The notes beneath the pieces were generated by a model. The model had not been told where the DNA came from. It saw only the letters and a program-made list of their open reading frames with translations, and did not search any database. Position numbers and translations under genes: made by a program. From positions 62,001 to 126,000 of the forward strand of contig JALDZX010000036.1 in NCBI GenBank assembly GCA_022813865.1: a stretch of 64,000 nt of DNA. Direction: 5' to 3'. Below, piece after piece: positions 37,390-49,699 of the stretch (its first letter is position 1; each line of letters starts with the position of its first letter). This DNA is from Xylographa opegraphella (lineage: Eukaryota).

Positions 37390-39115
37390 GAAAGTCTTGC
37401 AGTTTGGTACACATCAGCGTCCGAACAGGATGGTACCAGCCAGTTTCTTGGGATGTGAGCCGCGGGCGGGCTTGTTGTTCACATCTTTAGCGATTTCTAG
37501 TCGCGTGAGCATTATTGCCATGCTCTTGGGCACCAGGTAGTAAATATGAAATGGTTCTCGATCAGCAAGCTGACTCGATCGCTGGATGAGCTGTTAGTTG
37601 TGCTGAAACCAACTTCCCTAGGCTATTTCCCATAAGGAGCTATCCAAGTAGAGCCAACCATTCTCAACATAGGGTCATGGGATTAAACAAGGCAGAAACT
37701 TAGATCAGAGTACGACCGGTATCGTCCCATTTTCAAATACTCGACCATAGCTGGGCCGGAGTTTCATTAGCGGTTAAGGGCGCACATTGTACGGTGGCCA
37801 TAGATACACAATGTAATTACGAACGTAGGCTATCTCAGATTCACGATATTTGGCCAGGTTTGACCCCAAACCGGGGATACGTCGAGAGAGAAGCCACCTC
37901 TCTTCCATGTGCTTGACTTATCAATGGCTTCCACGTGGCGCCTGCAAGTCTCACCAACCGAGTCGAAGCTGTGAAGCTCAATGATTTGTATGACGGCATG
38001 TACGGACGCGTCCACGGAAGGGCTCGATTTGTATCTGAAATATAGAGTGATGAGATGGACCGGGTCACGGTAGGTCTGGAGGATAGGAATGGGGTTGGGC
38101 GAAGGGCTAGTTGTACTCAATGGGGAGTCTTGTTCCGCCTGTGCGTGGAAAGGAGTGAAGGTTGGAGCACGAAGTATGAATGGCAGATAGTTGCACCAAA
38201 CATGTCTGGCTATCGTTACCTGCAAGTATGCGGATGGTCTTGTTGTAGATGGTAAAATAGATTACCTTGGAGACTTTCACTAGTTTTGTGCTAGCGTGGT
38301 GCAATTTACGGTATCGTGCCTACTTCAAATTTCAGAATATAGCAACATGAGTATGAAGAGATAAACCTCCTCTGTGCCAGGATCCATGAGCTTACGCTCC
38401 GATGCTAGAAGGAACGGACCTAGTAGTCTACGTGCTTTGACGTTTCCGGTCCTTACCCTCCTATCATGCCGTTCGTAGCATGACCGCCATGCTGGACTGC
38501 GCAACCGCCAGCTTCTCCCAGCTTCCGCCTACACTCGCTCTCTTGGATTGCAGTGCAATTCGTGTAAACAAGATAAGTGGCAGGAATTCCGGTATAGATG
38601 GCTGATAGCTTGGTCTCCTGATATACTATTGCGCCCGCAATAACGGCACGACCCCAGTCTGCAAGACATTCATTCACACTGTACCTTCTCCCTTCTCAGC
38701 TGCGAGCATTTCAACAGCAGGTTGTTAATAGAATGGATAGTAACAGGCCGAAGAAGCCGCAGATACACAAGAAGATATTCTGGCACCGGCCAAGTTGCCT
38801 ATCCCATTCAAAATGGCGGGTCGGGTGAGAAATACCGGCTACAACTTTCCGAGCGGATCTATGACTATTCCCGCCGAAAGCTCAGTACCGACTGGCCTTG
38901 GTTGAAACATAGCATCCTTGAGCATGGGCATAGATATCTAGCATACGTCCGGGGGCATTATGTGCACCTTCAACGTATGCAACAACTATGAAACCACAAG
39001 AATTAATCAGATTGAATTCTTGCCCACCCACTAATTGTCCTTGAAATAATTCATTCTCAGCATCGCTATAAGAGTTTATTTTGTTGCTCATTCTTGCTCT
39101 CCTTGTGTACTGAAG

Positions 39116-39977
39116 ATGCATCTTTGGACCGCCCTTCTGTTCTCGTCAATACTTGTACCCGACTTTATCTTTCCCATTTTTGCCATGCCTAACGATGAAC
39201 TGACATTCATCGACTACACGCGACTCTTCTGCCCTGCTGACCTACCCATGTTCCCTTACGGGACTGCTAGCATCGCCGCGTGGCCGTACGGCTTGAGCGG
39301 TACCGCGTATATCATTCGCAATATCCTCAGAGAGCAGCACTGCGACTACGACGAGTGGTCGTGGAGGAACTTCACCTCTCTCACCGACCTCTGCTCGGCG
39401 CAGGGTAACTACGACGGAAATATGGGCGGAACGGTACGGACATGCAAAACAGAGACCCATGATTTCCCGCACCCGCCCTGACATTCTTCCCCATCCCCAG
39501 TGCGAACCACCCACCCCTGCGTCCGCCGCCCCGGCCCCAAAGTTCGACACCCGCGTGGCCCGCACCGCGCTCCTGTACAACGACAACCTACTGCGATACT
39601 GCAAACAGGAGTGCTTCTGCGCAGAAAACGAGGACGATTGGCTGGCGTCGGACCTCTGGGCGGTGATCTACGACCAGGGCATCGTACGCGCCGACCTCCC
39701 CGAGCTTCCACCGGAGCCACAGCCGACTTCCCCCTCGAGCATGTGGTCCTCGTTCGAGAATGCCCTCCCCCTGGAGAATGCGAATCAGCAGCAGATCCTG
39801 TCCTATGCGGGCCCGACGTTCCGATGTACTGTCACCGACCGTCGGACGCCGCGCCAGAGCGTGAGATGTTCCTGCCAGCGCAGCAGAGTTAACCCAGCAC
39901 TTGCGAGGCCACCGGCTCCGCCACGGCCGCCGTCGAGGTTACCCTTCCATAGGAGGGAACTTGAGAGTCTGGAGTGA
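39116..39977 (+). CDS. Small secreted cysteine-rich protein of unknown function
   Basis: Signal-like N-terminus MHLWTALLFSSILV. Intron 39434-39500 (GTACGG...CTGAC...CAG) joins ...SLTDLCSAQGNYDGNMGGT to CEPP...LLRYCKQECFC...RCSC. Confidence 0.7.
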
Positions 39978-40362
39978 CTGGATTGGGGCGTGGAAATGGT
40001 TTATGTTTAGTTGTGATGGCGAGATTGGCGCTCGCATTAGTCAGCCCGTAGCTTTAGAATAATTTAGAAAAAAATAAGTTTATCTCCCCTCACGGGGTCT
40101 TGTGAAGAGCTGCTACAGATTTACATCGTCTAAGCGTTACCACACTGGATCTATTGTGCCAGTTTTTACGAAAAAGTACCTCCACCGCCTCCACAGTAAA
40201 ACGGATCTCAGAAGCCAAGACAGTGGCACTGAAGCCACGCAGGCTTGGCCATTCCAGAAAGATTGTCGATAGAACCCTCTTATACTATACTAGCCTATAG
40301 GATTTCCGCTACCCTCAGCACAACCAACCCACCCATACCAGCCCCACTACCGACCCCAATCG

Positions 40363-41988
40363 TCACCACCCCCCAAAGCAAGGCAACCACACATCCAGCG
40401 CCTTCGCAAACAACTCCACCGCCACCTCCGCCACGACCGCCTCCCTCGAGAACGGATCCGTGCTGAAATCGGAAACGTGCACTTGGCCGGGCCACACCTG
40501 GCCATAGACCCGACCCCCCGGTGGCGGTGTCCCACACCTCGGCACTTCCACGGTGCTGTGCCGATCGGGCGCCCGCGGATTCCGCGCCGTTGTGGCCTGG
40601 ATGGCGATGGTGCCGATAGGATCGAGCGCGCCGTTGGTGAACATGGTGTTCGAGGGCTGCATGAGCCAGCCGCCGTATTTCGAGAAGGCGTCGATGGCGG
40701 GGCGGGGCGGCGCGTAGGGGAACATCGAGTGGCAGGTGTGCGCTTCCGTGCCGGAGACGTTGTAGAAGCGCGAGATGAGGTTGTGCGCATTGTGCGGGCT
40801 GGAGACTTGGAATTCGCCGAATTCGCTGCATAGCTGCCAGAACCAGGCTGCAGTGTCGCCTGGGGCGCGCGGGTTGCTGGGGAGCATCCTGTGGTCGGAT
40901 ATGCCTTTTTGGATGATGGCGTAGAGGAAGGCGTAAAAGGCGTTCTGAGGGCCTTGAGTGGCTGCGATGCCGGCGGCGGTGGGGGCCGAGTTGTCAGTGT
41001 TGTTTGTGATAAGGGAGGCAGGGGACTCGAGGCCGAAAGAGCTTGAGTTGAAGGGTGTCCAGGTTTCGAGCTGGCGGCAAAAGGTGCTCAGGCCGATGGC
41101 GTAGCCGTAGCTTTGGAAGTTGAAGAAGCTGCCTTGGAAAGGGTATGCGAGGAACGAGGCAATATCCCAGTATGACAGATCTTCTGGAGAACTGAACCCA
41201 GCGATGCCGTTAGGATTAGCGCTATTTGTGATGAAGACAGCTCTTCTGAGAAGAACGTTCTCGTCGGCAGATCCGTCAGTAAGGATATGATCGGCATACG
41301 CGATTGCAGCTTGAACGTCGGCGGAGCAGTTAGCTGGCATGGTTTGTTCGATTGGATTGTAGTACGTCCAGTCGGCGACCACATTCTGGACGGGCGCACT
41401 GGAAGACCAGCTCGCATAGAAGACATCCGGGTTCCGGACCCGGACCATTGCAGCACGGCTACCGGCATAGCTACCTCCAATCCAGATCCATGGTGTTGAG
41501 GGCGAAGAGAGGTGGATGCCTTCCTCCTTACTATATCCTGGAGGCTGGAAATGCGTTGCTAGATATACGGCATCTTCCATCGCCTGTTCGTTATTCAAAT
41601 ACTTGTAGGCATCGTGACCAGCCAATGCAAGCCCTGTTGATTCATTGATTTCGAAAGGTAGGCTCCCTCCATAGTAGCGGTGCTCCCATATGATGAGAAT
41701 TCCGTGGTACCTGATCGCTAGTTCGAGAGGCGCGAAGTAAAGAGGAAGCCCACCGCCTGTGTCTTGCGTAGCTTGTGAGTCTGCGACGCCTATCTCGCCA
41801 TTGTCGTAAAGGAATACGGGACCGCCTTGTCGATAATATGTATCGTTCATCCAATACCGATTTGCGTAAGTACGAGTGTCAGACGGATTAAAGTGATCAA
41901 TAGGAATACTTATAAACCCTGCAATGGGGCTGGTAGTTATACAAGAGGTGAGCTGCAGCAATAACAGTGGAATGAATATTAAATACAT
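40363..41988 (-). CDS. Secreted serine peptidase family S28 (prolylcarboxypeptidase-like), single exon
   Basis: Signal peptide; IPIDHF, WEHRYYGGS, YLNNEQAMED, WIWIGGSYAG (Ser), WQLCSEFG, NGALDP (Asp), HVSDF (His). Confidence 0.9.
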   Translation of the reverse strand: MYLIFIPLLLLQLTSCITTSPIAGFISIPIDHFNPSDTRTYANRYWMNDTYYRQGGPVFLYDNGEIGVADSQATQDTGGGLPLYFAPLELAIRYHGILIIWEHRYYGGSLPFEINESTGLALAGHDAYKYLNNEQAMEDAVYLATHFQPPGYSKEEGIHLSSPSTPWIWIGGSYAGSRAAMVRVRNPDVFYASWSSSAPVQNVVADWTYYNPIEQTMPANCSADVQAAIAYADHILTDGSADENVLLRRAVFITNSANPNGIAGFSSPEDLSYWDIASFLAYPFQGSFFNFQSYGYAIGLSTFCRQLETWTPFNSSSFGLESPASLITNNTDNSAPTAAGIAATQGPQNAFYAFLYAIIQKGISDHRMLPSNPRAPGDTAAWFWQLCSEFGEFQVSSPHNAHNLISRFYNVSGTEAHTCHSMFPYAPPRPAIDAFSKYGGWLMQPSNTMFTNGALDPIGTIAIQATTARNPRAPDRHSTVEVPRCGTPPPGGRVYGQVWPGQVHVSDFSTDPFSREAVVAEVAVELFAKALDVWLPCFGGW

Positions 41989-43487
41989 AATGAGACAGCA
42001 AACATATACTCTACCAGAAAGAACGATATGCAGGAGATGACGACAGAGTGTAGAAACGATGTCCTATCGACTGGCCACGAGCAGTCTTTATACAAAATAA
42101 ATTCTCTGCATAGTCCCCGTCGACATGAGACGTAGGCGATGTACCCAACATGGGGCCAGAGAACCCACCAAAATTGGTCGGATACGAGCTCACTCGCGCT
42201 AGGTCGATGTATAGGATGCCACGCGGGTGAAGGAAATCAAGTACAAGTGCTACTACTGTGGTAAAATAGGCAGCTCGGGCTCAATTGATGATTGGCATGA
42301 GCTAGCTATACCGTAACGTTCATGGCCCGTGAAGTTAGCATGGCCCTCAACTTACTCCAATTTCTAGCACAGTTGATCTCACTCACGTCGAGGTCGTCCG
42401 GACGAGTAACGCCTTGTTCCATTCGAGTGAACCACGCAAGGATAACGACTTCTAGTGCTGACAGTCCCCGCCTTACACCATGCATACTGCTTCTGGAAGT
42501 CGGGAAGAACTCTATGGAGTAGCCTAGAGTATGTTCCTGTGGTTCCAATTACCACAGACTCCTCGGATCCTGAGTATTGAATAATGCGAAAGCATCAGTC
42601 AGCCGAATGCTAGTCCTGGCACCTTGTTGTACTCCGCTACCCTGACTTCCAATTGAAACCCGTCATATCATAACTACTCATTCACCCCATTTGTTGTTTT
42701 CCTTCTTTCATAAAGAACTAAATAGTTCATCCATTGTCAAGCACCAGTCATGGAATCACGTGGGTCACGATTATGCAAATCCCCCAGTCATGTATTTCTA
42801 TATCTTGTAATATTGCCTGCAGCTCCCCACCGCTAGCAGCATCGTTTTTGATCATCCCAAACCCGGTGACTGCGGGGGAGCTTGGGGCTTTCGCCAGGTC
42901 CTTCGAAGTTGGGAAATGCCGCCGCTATGTAATTGTATAGTTAGTCAGTCGTTTGTAGTTTGTCGTTACTTCCACTGTGAGCGAGCTGCTAAAGCGGTCT
43001 AGAGGTAGAACTGAGCCGCGCTGACATTAAAGGCGCTAATGACCGAGGGGAAATTTGCTTAGTATTATGGTGCCGGCTTCAGGATGCGCTGCTGCCTGAA
43101 TCGAAGTTCATTTGATCTCACAGGGACTCCAACATACTACAAAGTACGTAGCTTCCGAGCTGTGGCGCTTAGGCGCTTAAAACCCACGGATAATTGTGGC
43201 AAACTGGAGAGTGCGAATAAGAGGACGTAGGTGGCGGTAACATTTAAGCTCAAATTTAGCGTCTGTTCCCTGGCAGCTGTGTGGCACTATCACTTAAACG
43301 TACATTTGTATCCGGCCAGATCGTGGACAAACCTGGGCCATAAGGTCGTTCTTCTTTACAGCACGTGAATAAGCTGAAAGGGCATTCAGCTACAAATGGA
43401 CACTTTCTTATTTCCAGAGAGTCTTTGACTGATAAGATAACTATCACCGTCTTACGATCATCTCGATCTTACTCCTCACCGTTGACA

Positions 43488-45983
43488 ATGGACTCGACCA
43501 AGCACCAAGCTGGGGAACACTCAGCAGACAACCCTGCAAGAGGAAGGATATTCCTCAACGTACTCTCACCATCAGCCGAAGTACCTCAGAAACTCACCTA
43601 TCCTGACATATCGACCTCAACTACGATCTTGGAGCTCAAGCAGAAAATTCAAAATGATGTCGAAACGAGACCTGCCCCAGAGAGACAAAGACTCATCTAC
43701 AGGGGCAGGGCTCTCGTACAGGAAGAAAAGACTTTGGAAGATATATTCGGGCATGCAGCGGTATTAAGAACTGTACAGGATGGCCATGTCCAATGCTAAT
43801 AGCTGTGTTAGGTCCGAAACTCAGATGTTTTCTCACTACACCTAGTACTACCGCCCCTTCAGACTCAAGGCCCTCACCACATTTCGAATATACACTCAAG
43901 ACAAGCCTTGAATGCAAATGTCCCTCCCGACTTATCAGCACGGTCGTCGCCACTTCCATCGGGCACTGCTACAATCCCGCCATGGCCTGCCAGTGCTGCA
44001 CAGCTACCAGGTACCATAGCAGTAGGATTGACGACACCGACTCAAGGAGGGACTGGATTACATCCCCAGCAAAACGGGATACCTTGGCCAGGACTACCCT
44101 CTGGACAAGGGCAACTGCCAGTCCCCGTGCAAGAGCTCCTTAACGCACACTTTGCAGCTTTAGGCCAACCACCAGCTGGACAACCCAGTTTGGCTGCATT
44201 CCCTCCTGGCCATGGATTTGCTAATGTTCACAATCATGCCAATCCTTGGCAGCATCCGCCTACGCTTACCCAGTTCCCAGGCCTTACACAACCCAATATG
44301 CATATATTGCGAGCACAACAACAGCAGGCACTATTTCAGCAACAGCAACAACAGGCACTATTTCAGCAACAGCATCAGCAAGCCTTTAGAGCCGCGTCAA
44401 GACAGCAAGGTACCAATACCACACCTGCACAGATTCCAGAGCCAGCGGTAACACCCCACACTCCGCTAGAAAGCAGCCCTAGTCCGACAAATGAGTTACC
44501 TAATCGTGTGGCTTCTCCCGGGACTTCCAGCACGATCATACGTGAAGGGCAAGGAGCCAATGGTGCTCAATGGCGTGTAGTCATCAACCAGAGTACCACC
44601 ACCCTGACCCCGCCGGGAGCTAATAACCAGCTCCCACCAGCTACAATGGTTCATCCAAGCTCTCCACTCACTAATGCCCCGGATGTGCCTACAGTATCTG
44701 GCGAAGGAGCACACTTTCGCCAGCCGCCCAACATCACAGAGATGAGTGCTACCCGTCAAGCAGCCAGTTCTTGGCTCGGTGGAGGGTCTTATCGACCAAA
44801 CAACCTTCTTACCAATGTGCAACAGGGCTTATTCCAGATAGAAAGATCTCTTGATCAGCAAAATCTACCGGTAAATAGCCAAATACAGTTAATTGCCCAC
44901 CAATTGCAACTCCTGCGAAGTCAGCATCCAGATCTCCCGCCTGGTTTGGAAACCTCACTAAGAATACGTCTGAGTGATATCGAGAGAAGAACGGCGCATA
45001 TGGCCAATCAGTATGGGCATAGTATGACACAGGCCGTGAATGGTGCCGGTACAATACAAAATGCTTCCCCAATTTCTTCTACAAATACAACAGTATATCT
45101 ATTGTCATCCCCGACTGGCCCACATGCGCTGATGGTAGCGCCAAGCGGCATTTACAGTAGTTCTGTAAGCACGCCGGCTTCACAGGTGATAAATAGGATG
45201 TCGCAGGGCACAAATTCAGTTATAAATGCAAATTTGGCGCAGAATCAAGTGCCAGAATTCAACAACGAACAAGAGATACGCGACATTCAGGACATCCAAA
45301 TTGTTCAAGCTCGAGGGCAGCAGCAACAAGAACAACAACCTGACCAGGTTGGAGATCTTGCGCGTCTTCTTCTTCCCCTTGGCGGTCATCTTTGGTTGCT
45401 GGTTCGACTTTTCGGGTTCGTCTATTTCTTCACATCTGGCGCTGGATGGTATAGGACAATACTGCTTTGTGCGTGCGCTATTGTGGTTTTCATGGGGCAA
45501 ACTGGTGTCTTCAGACCAATACAGCAAGCTCTGTGGGATCCTTTCCGACGACATATCGAAGGATTAGTACCTCTTGCTGGAAATAACGGCGACAACGATG
45601 GAGGAGGCGTAAATGAGCAACGACCAGCCATACCTTTGCCAACTCCGCAGCAAGTAGCCGAGAGACTTCTGAGGGAGCGGAACGATCAAAACAATGGCCT
45701 AATTCGCCGAAGTATTAGACGATTTGAGAGAGCAACAGCACTCTTTGTCGCCAGTCTGGTACCTGGCGTAGGTGAAAGGCACATAGCTGCAAGGGATGCC
45801 GCAGACGCTGCACGTCAGGCAGTTGAGCGAGAAAGAGAAGAGCAAGCAAGACGGGACGAGGAAGCCAGGGTACAGATTGAAGCTGTTGGCAGAGGGAACA
45901 ATCAGCACGACGCCTTCGTTGACAGGGAAGGTCATGCGCCACCCCACACGAACACTGGCCAGCAACCTGTGCTGGAAATTTGA
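43488..45983 (+). CDS. Usa1/HERP-like ERAD membrane protein with N-terminal ubiquitin-like domain
   Basis: UBL: TTILELKQKIQ...RPAPERQRLIYRGRAL. Intron about 43762-43811. Q/P-rich linker, TM pair HLWLLVRLFGFVYFF, and ALFVASLVPGVGERHI. Confidence 0.75.
44314..44385 (+). repeat. In-frame imperfect duplication encoding QQQQALF-QQQQQQALF-QQQHQQA
   Basis: CAGGCACTATTTCAGCAACAGCA occurs twice, 27 nt apart. Confidence 0.8.
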
Positions 45984-46215
45984 GGCTTGGATTTCGGGGA
46001 ATATTTTGGTCTACTGTTAGCGTGGTGTTGAGGTCCAGCAGGACGAAAATACCTTACCTTATTTTACTCTGTGGATTTAAGATAAGTGCGTAATCTCTTT
46101 GTGTATAACTAGACCAATGCCTTTAGCGAGATCGACCCCGGCAAGGATTTTGCCTACCTTAACGGGAAGATAACTTGCCGTAGTTTCCATCAGATATAAA
46201 CTACCCACATCCACA

Positions 46216-48996
46216 ATGTCACGGTGGCGCATAAGTCGTGTTGTCAATACAGGTCGAGTCGTCAATATCATCTGTACCATATTGCTCGGGGTTACAGCTG
46301 CCGCTGCTTTATTTAGGGCTTCCGGTTTAGGTCCTCATCAGTTCCTCTACTTTGTTTTGAGATGCTAACGTTTGTGAGAAGACTCCGAAGACCCTTATAA
46401 ATGCAAGGCTCTTATGCGTGAAGGCCGTTGGCTAGATATTCCCAATGACAGGCATTCCAACACTACCTTCCAGAACTGGCAGCCTCCAGGATGTATGCTG
46501 CACCACTATAACAACAAAGACATATCAACCTGTTTCCAGTCTCGAAGAATTGTTCTAGCTGGTGACTCCACCATACGGCAGGTGTTCTGGGCCATCGCAA
46601 AAAAGCTAGATCCGGATAGTGTTACACAAGCATTGACTGAAGGCCGTCAGCATGCCGACCTCAGCCTCAATAAGAACAACGTGGATCTGCATTTTATTTG
46701 GGACCCTTTCTTGAATACCACTCGGCTGCACCATGAACTACTATTGTACCAAACCCGATTTACCATCACTGAAGATAATCATGATGTTGAAAAGCAAGTT
46801 GCAAGTATCATTCTAGCTGGCGGTGGTCTCTGGCACGCGCGCCACTTTATAGATGATCCTGTATCGCGCTATCTGGATACTATCCGTAACATTTCCAGTT
46901 ACTCCAGACCCTTGTATAATCCGAAGACATTAAACCAAAGGTTTGTACCGCCTGCTGCTGCAGCCTCAGCGGAGGATCTGCTTCTCATCGCGCCTGTTCA
47001 GGTGCCGCTATACGAAGCTCTTTCGCCAGACCGTGGAGTTACGATCACCCCAACAAGGGTTGACCCTATGAACGGCCATCTGGAAAAAATGGCTATGTCG
47101 CAAAGTGCAGACGTATTGTTCAGCTTCAATTCCATGAGCTGGCATGAAAGGCTCACATACGAAACAAATGGTCTTCATGTACTTGAATCTGTTGCAAGTC
47201 AAAAGGCGGATATAATTCTGAATCTGAGATGCAATGCTATGTCTACGGCTCTTGGCCGTTATCCATTCAATCGTACCTGCTGCAGCCAATACAATCGTCC
47301 TAATTGGTTACAGAAGCTTCTCTTACTCTGTGGAACGATTGTATTCCCGCTGCTTGGTTTGGTCGTCGGCAAAGGTACGCTCTAAGCGTCTCTGAGTAGG
47401 TACGTGGTAAACTGAGAACTTTTCTAGGTAATAAGCGTTTACCCTTGCTTCCGTCAAGCAAGGTGGTTGCAGCTCTCCTTCCGATAGGCCTGTCGCTTAG
47501 CTATTGCTTCTATACAGACCGCACGCTACTATTCAACAAGCTCCATAAGCAATTCTCATATGTCGAGTTCAACGCACTTTGGTGGAGCACATTTGGGATT
47601 GGAGTTCTGTCCATCCGTCGCTCCGAAAGTCCTCGAAAGCCGGACAAGTTCGTGACAAGTGTGGAATCCGATCAACAGTTCCTATCCCGGGATCAAACTG
47701 ACGAATGGAAGGGCTGGATGCAGTTTGTTATTCTGATTTATCACTACACAGGTGCATCAAGAGTCCTCTGGATATACGAAATTGTTCGTCTCCTAGTCGC
47801 TTCGTATCTCTTTATGACAGGCTTTGGGCATACCTTGTATTTTTACACCAAGGACAATTACTCGTTTCACCGTTTTGCATCAGTGCTGATTCGGTTGAAT
47901 TTCTTGAGCTGTCTTCTTCCGTACATGATGAAGACAGATTATTTATTCTACTACTTTGCTCCGCTGGTTACATTCTGGTTCTTTGTTATCTACGTCACGA
48001 TGCGAATAGGGCACTCCAGAAATCGATCAACGTCATTCCTGTTCCTGAAGATTGCGATCTCTGTCATAGCAGTTACTGCTTTAATTCGAACTCCAGGAAT
48101 ACTTGAACAGGTTTCGTCAGTCTTGAAACACGTTTGCAAGATCGATTGGAATGTCATCGAGTGGCGTTTTAGAGTCGCCCTCGATATGTACATTGTATAT
48201 GTTGGTATGGTCGCCGCTGTGCTATATGCCAAAATCGACAATCGACTCTGTGGTAGATTTGACCACGGAGCTTTGCTTCATGACAGGCTGCATTTCGATA
48301 ATCTACGTATCATCACTATTGCGGTTTCGATCATGATGCTTCCAGGATTCTTTATTTTCATACGAGGCTTTTCGGATAAGTACAGCTACAATTCATGGCA
48401 CCCATATATCTCTCCATTTATCATCCTCGCATATGTGGTCCTCCGAAACGCAGGTCGTCGTCTCAGAAACTACCGTTCCTGTTTCTTCGCATGGCTCGGC
48501 CGCTGTTCTTTAGAGACCTTCACCTTACAGTTTCATATCTGGCTAGCAGGTGATACGAAGGGTCTCTTGAGTGTAGGAGTGTTCAAGACTGTCTTGGACG
48601 TCAGTCGATGGTTGGACTTTATGGTGTTAACCATATTGTTCTTTTGGATCAGCTGGCATGTCGCGGCAGCGACTGGGACGTTGACGAGCTGGATCATCGA
48701 TCCAAAGGCTGGAAGAGAGGTGGTTGAGATTGAAGATGGAAGGGGTAAGGCCACGATGGGACTGCCAAGGACTAAAAGTCATGAGAAGTTTCACGATCAG
48801 CATGCAGGAAAGATATCCGCTGCCCGGGGCATCACAAGGAGACTCTGGACTCTGCCACTCGACCTAGTGAAGGACGACCTTAGGGTACGACTCGGATTGC
48901 TACTGGGTATGATGTGGTTAGGCAACTGGGTATGTCTGCCTCAGTCGTCATACTAGCGCACTTGCTTACTGCCAGGAATTATAGTTTTACACATAG
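46216..48996 (+). CDS. CAS1: Cas1p/CASD1-like polysaccharide O-acetyltransferase, four exons
   Basis: WQPPGCMLH, GDSTIRQ (SGNH Ser), NGLHV (His; the usual D is N), ILNLRCN, FLSRDQTDEWKGWMQ, YHYTGAS, SLETFTLQFHIWLAGD. Confidence 0.88.
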
Positions 48997-49699
48997 ACGG
49001 ACCAATCTTTGAGTGCGACACCAGAGAATGGGCTACTTTAGGACAACTCGTAGTACAATATCGTTTAATCTTGCAGCAATAGAGAAGATTTGAAACCGTT
49101 TGCAGAGCGGCTGCCTGACCTTCTGGACATGAATCGTTTTTGGGGAGAGAGATAACTACCTGTAGGGGTCAGGCGACGAGGCCAAGTCTCTCTGGACGAC
49201 GTCAGCTGTTTGCAGTGGTTGCTCAAAGGAAACTCCATGTAAAACATCACGTCGTGCATGCTAATCACTGTGCCATGCACCATTGCCACATTCAAGTGGT
49301 ACGTTCGTGCCGTTGTCCCTTGGTCGATTACTCTTCGTAACTTGACGTCGTTACCCTCGAATCGAAGACGATCGTCTGCGTTTAGCTCTTGTATCGTTTT
49401 TGTGGAAGCTTGGATTGAGGTTTAATGACATCGTCTATGGTCTATGGAGTTCGGGAAGGCATCAAGTTAACATGGTGCAACGTGAGTTCAGTCACTCTGT
49501 GTCGATTTTTGGCTCTAATAGTTTCACCAACAGTGCTAATCCAGTGCACTCAAGCACAAAAGTATTTCAACGAAATTGATCGCGTGCTGGTGTGATATCA
49601 TCCAAATTCCAAACAACCAAGTATATCCAGAACCCAATTGATCCAAGCAGCAACTATCCACGAACTTCAGCCTCGCATGTTACGATTCTTCATCGATTT

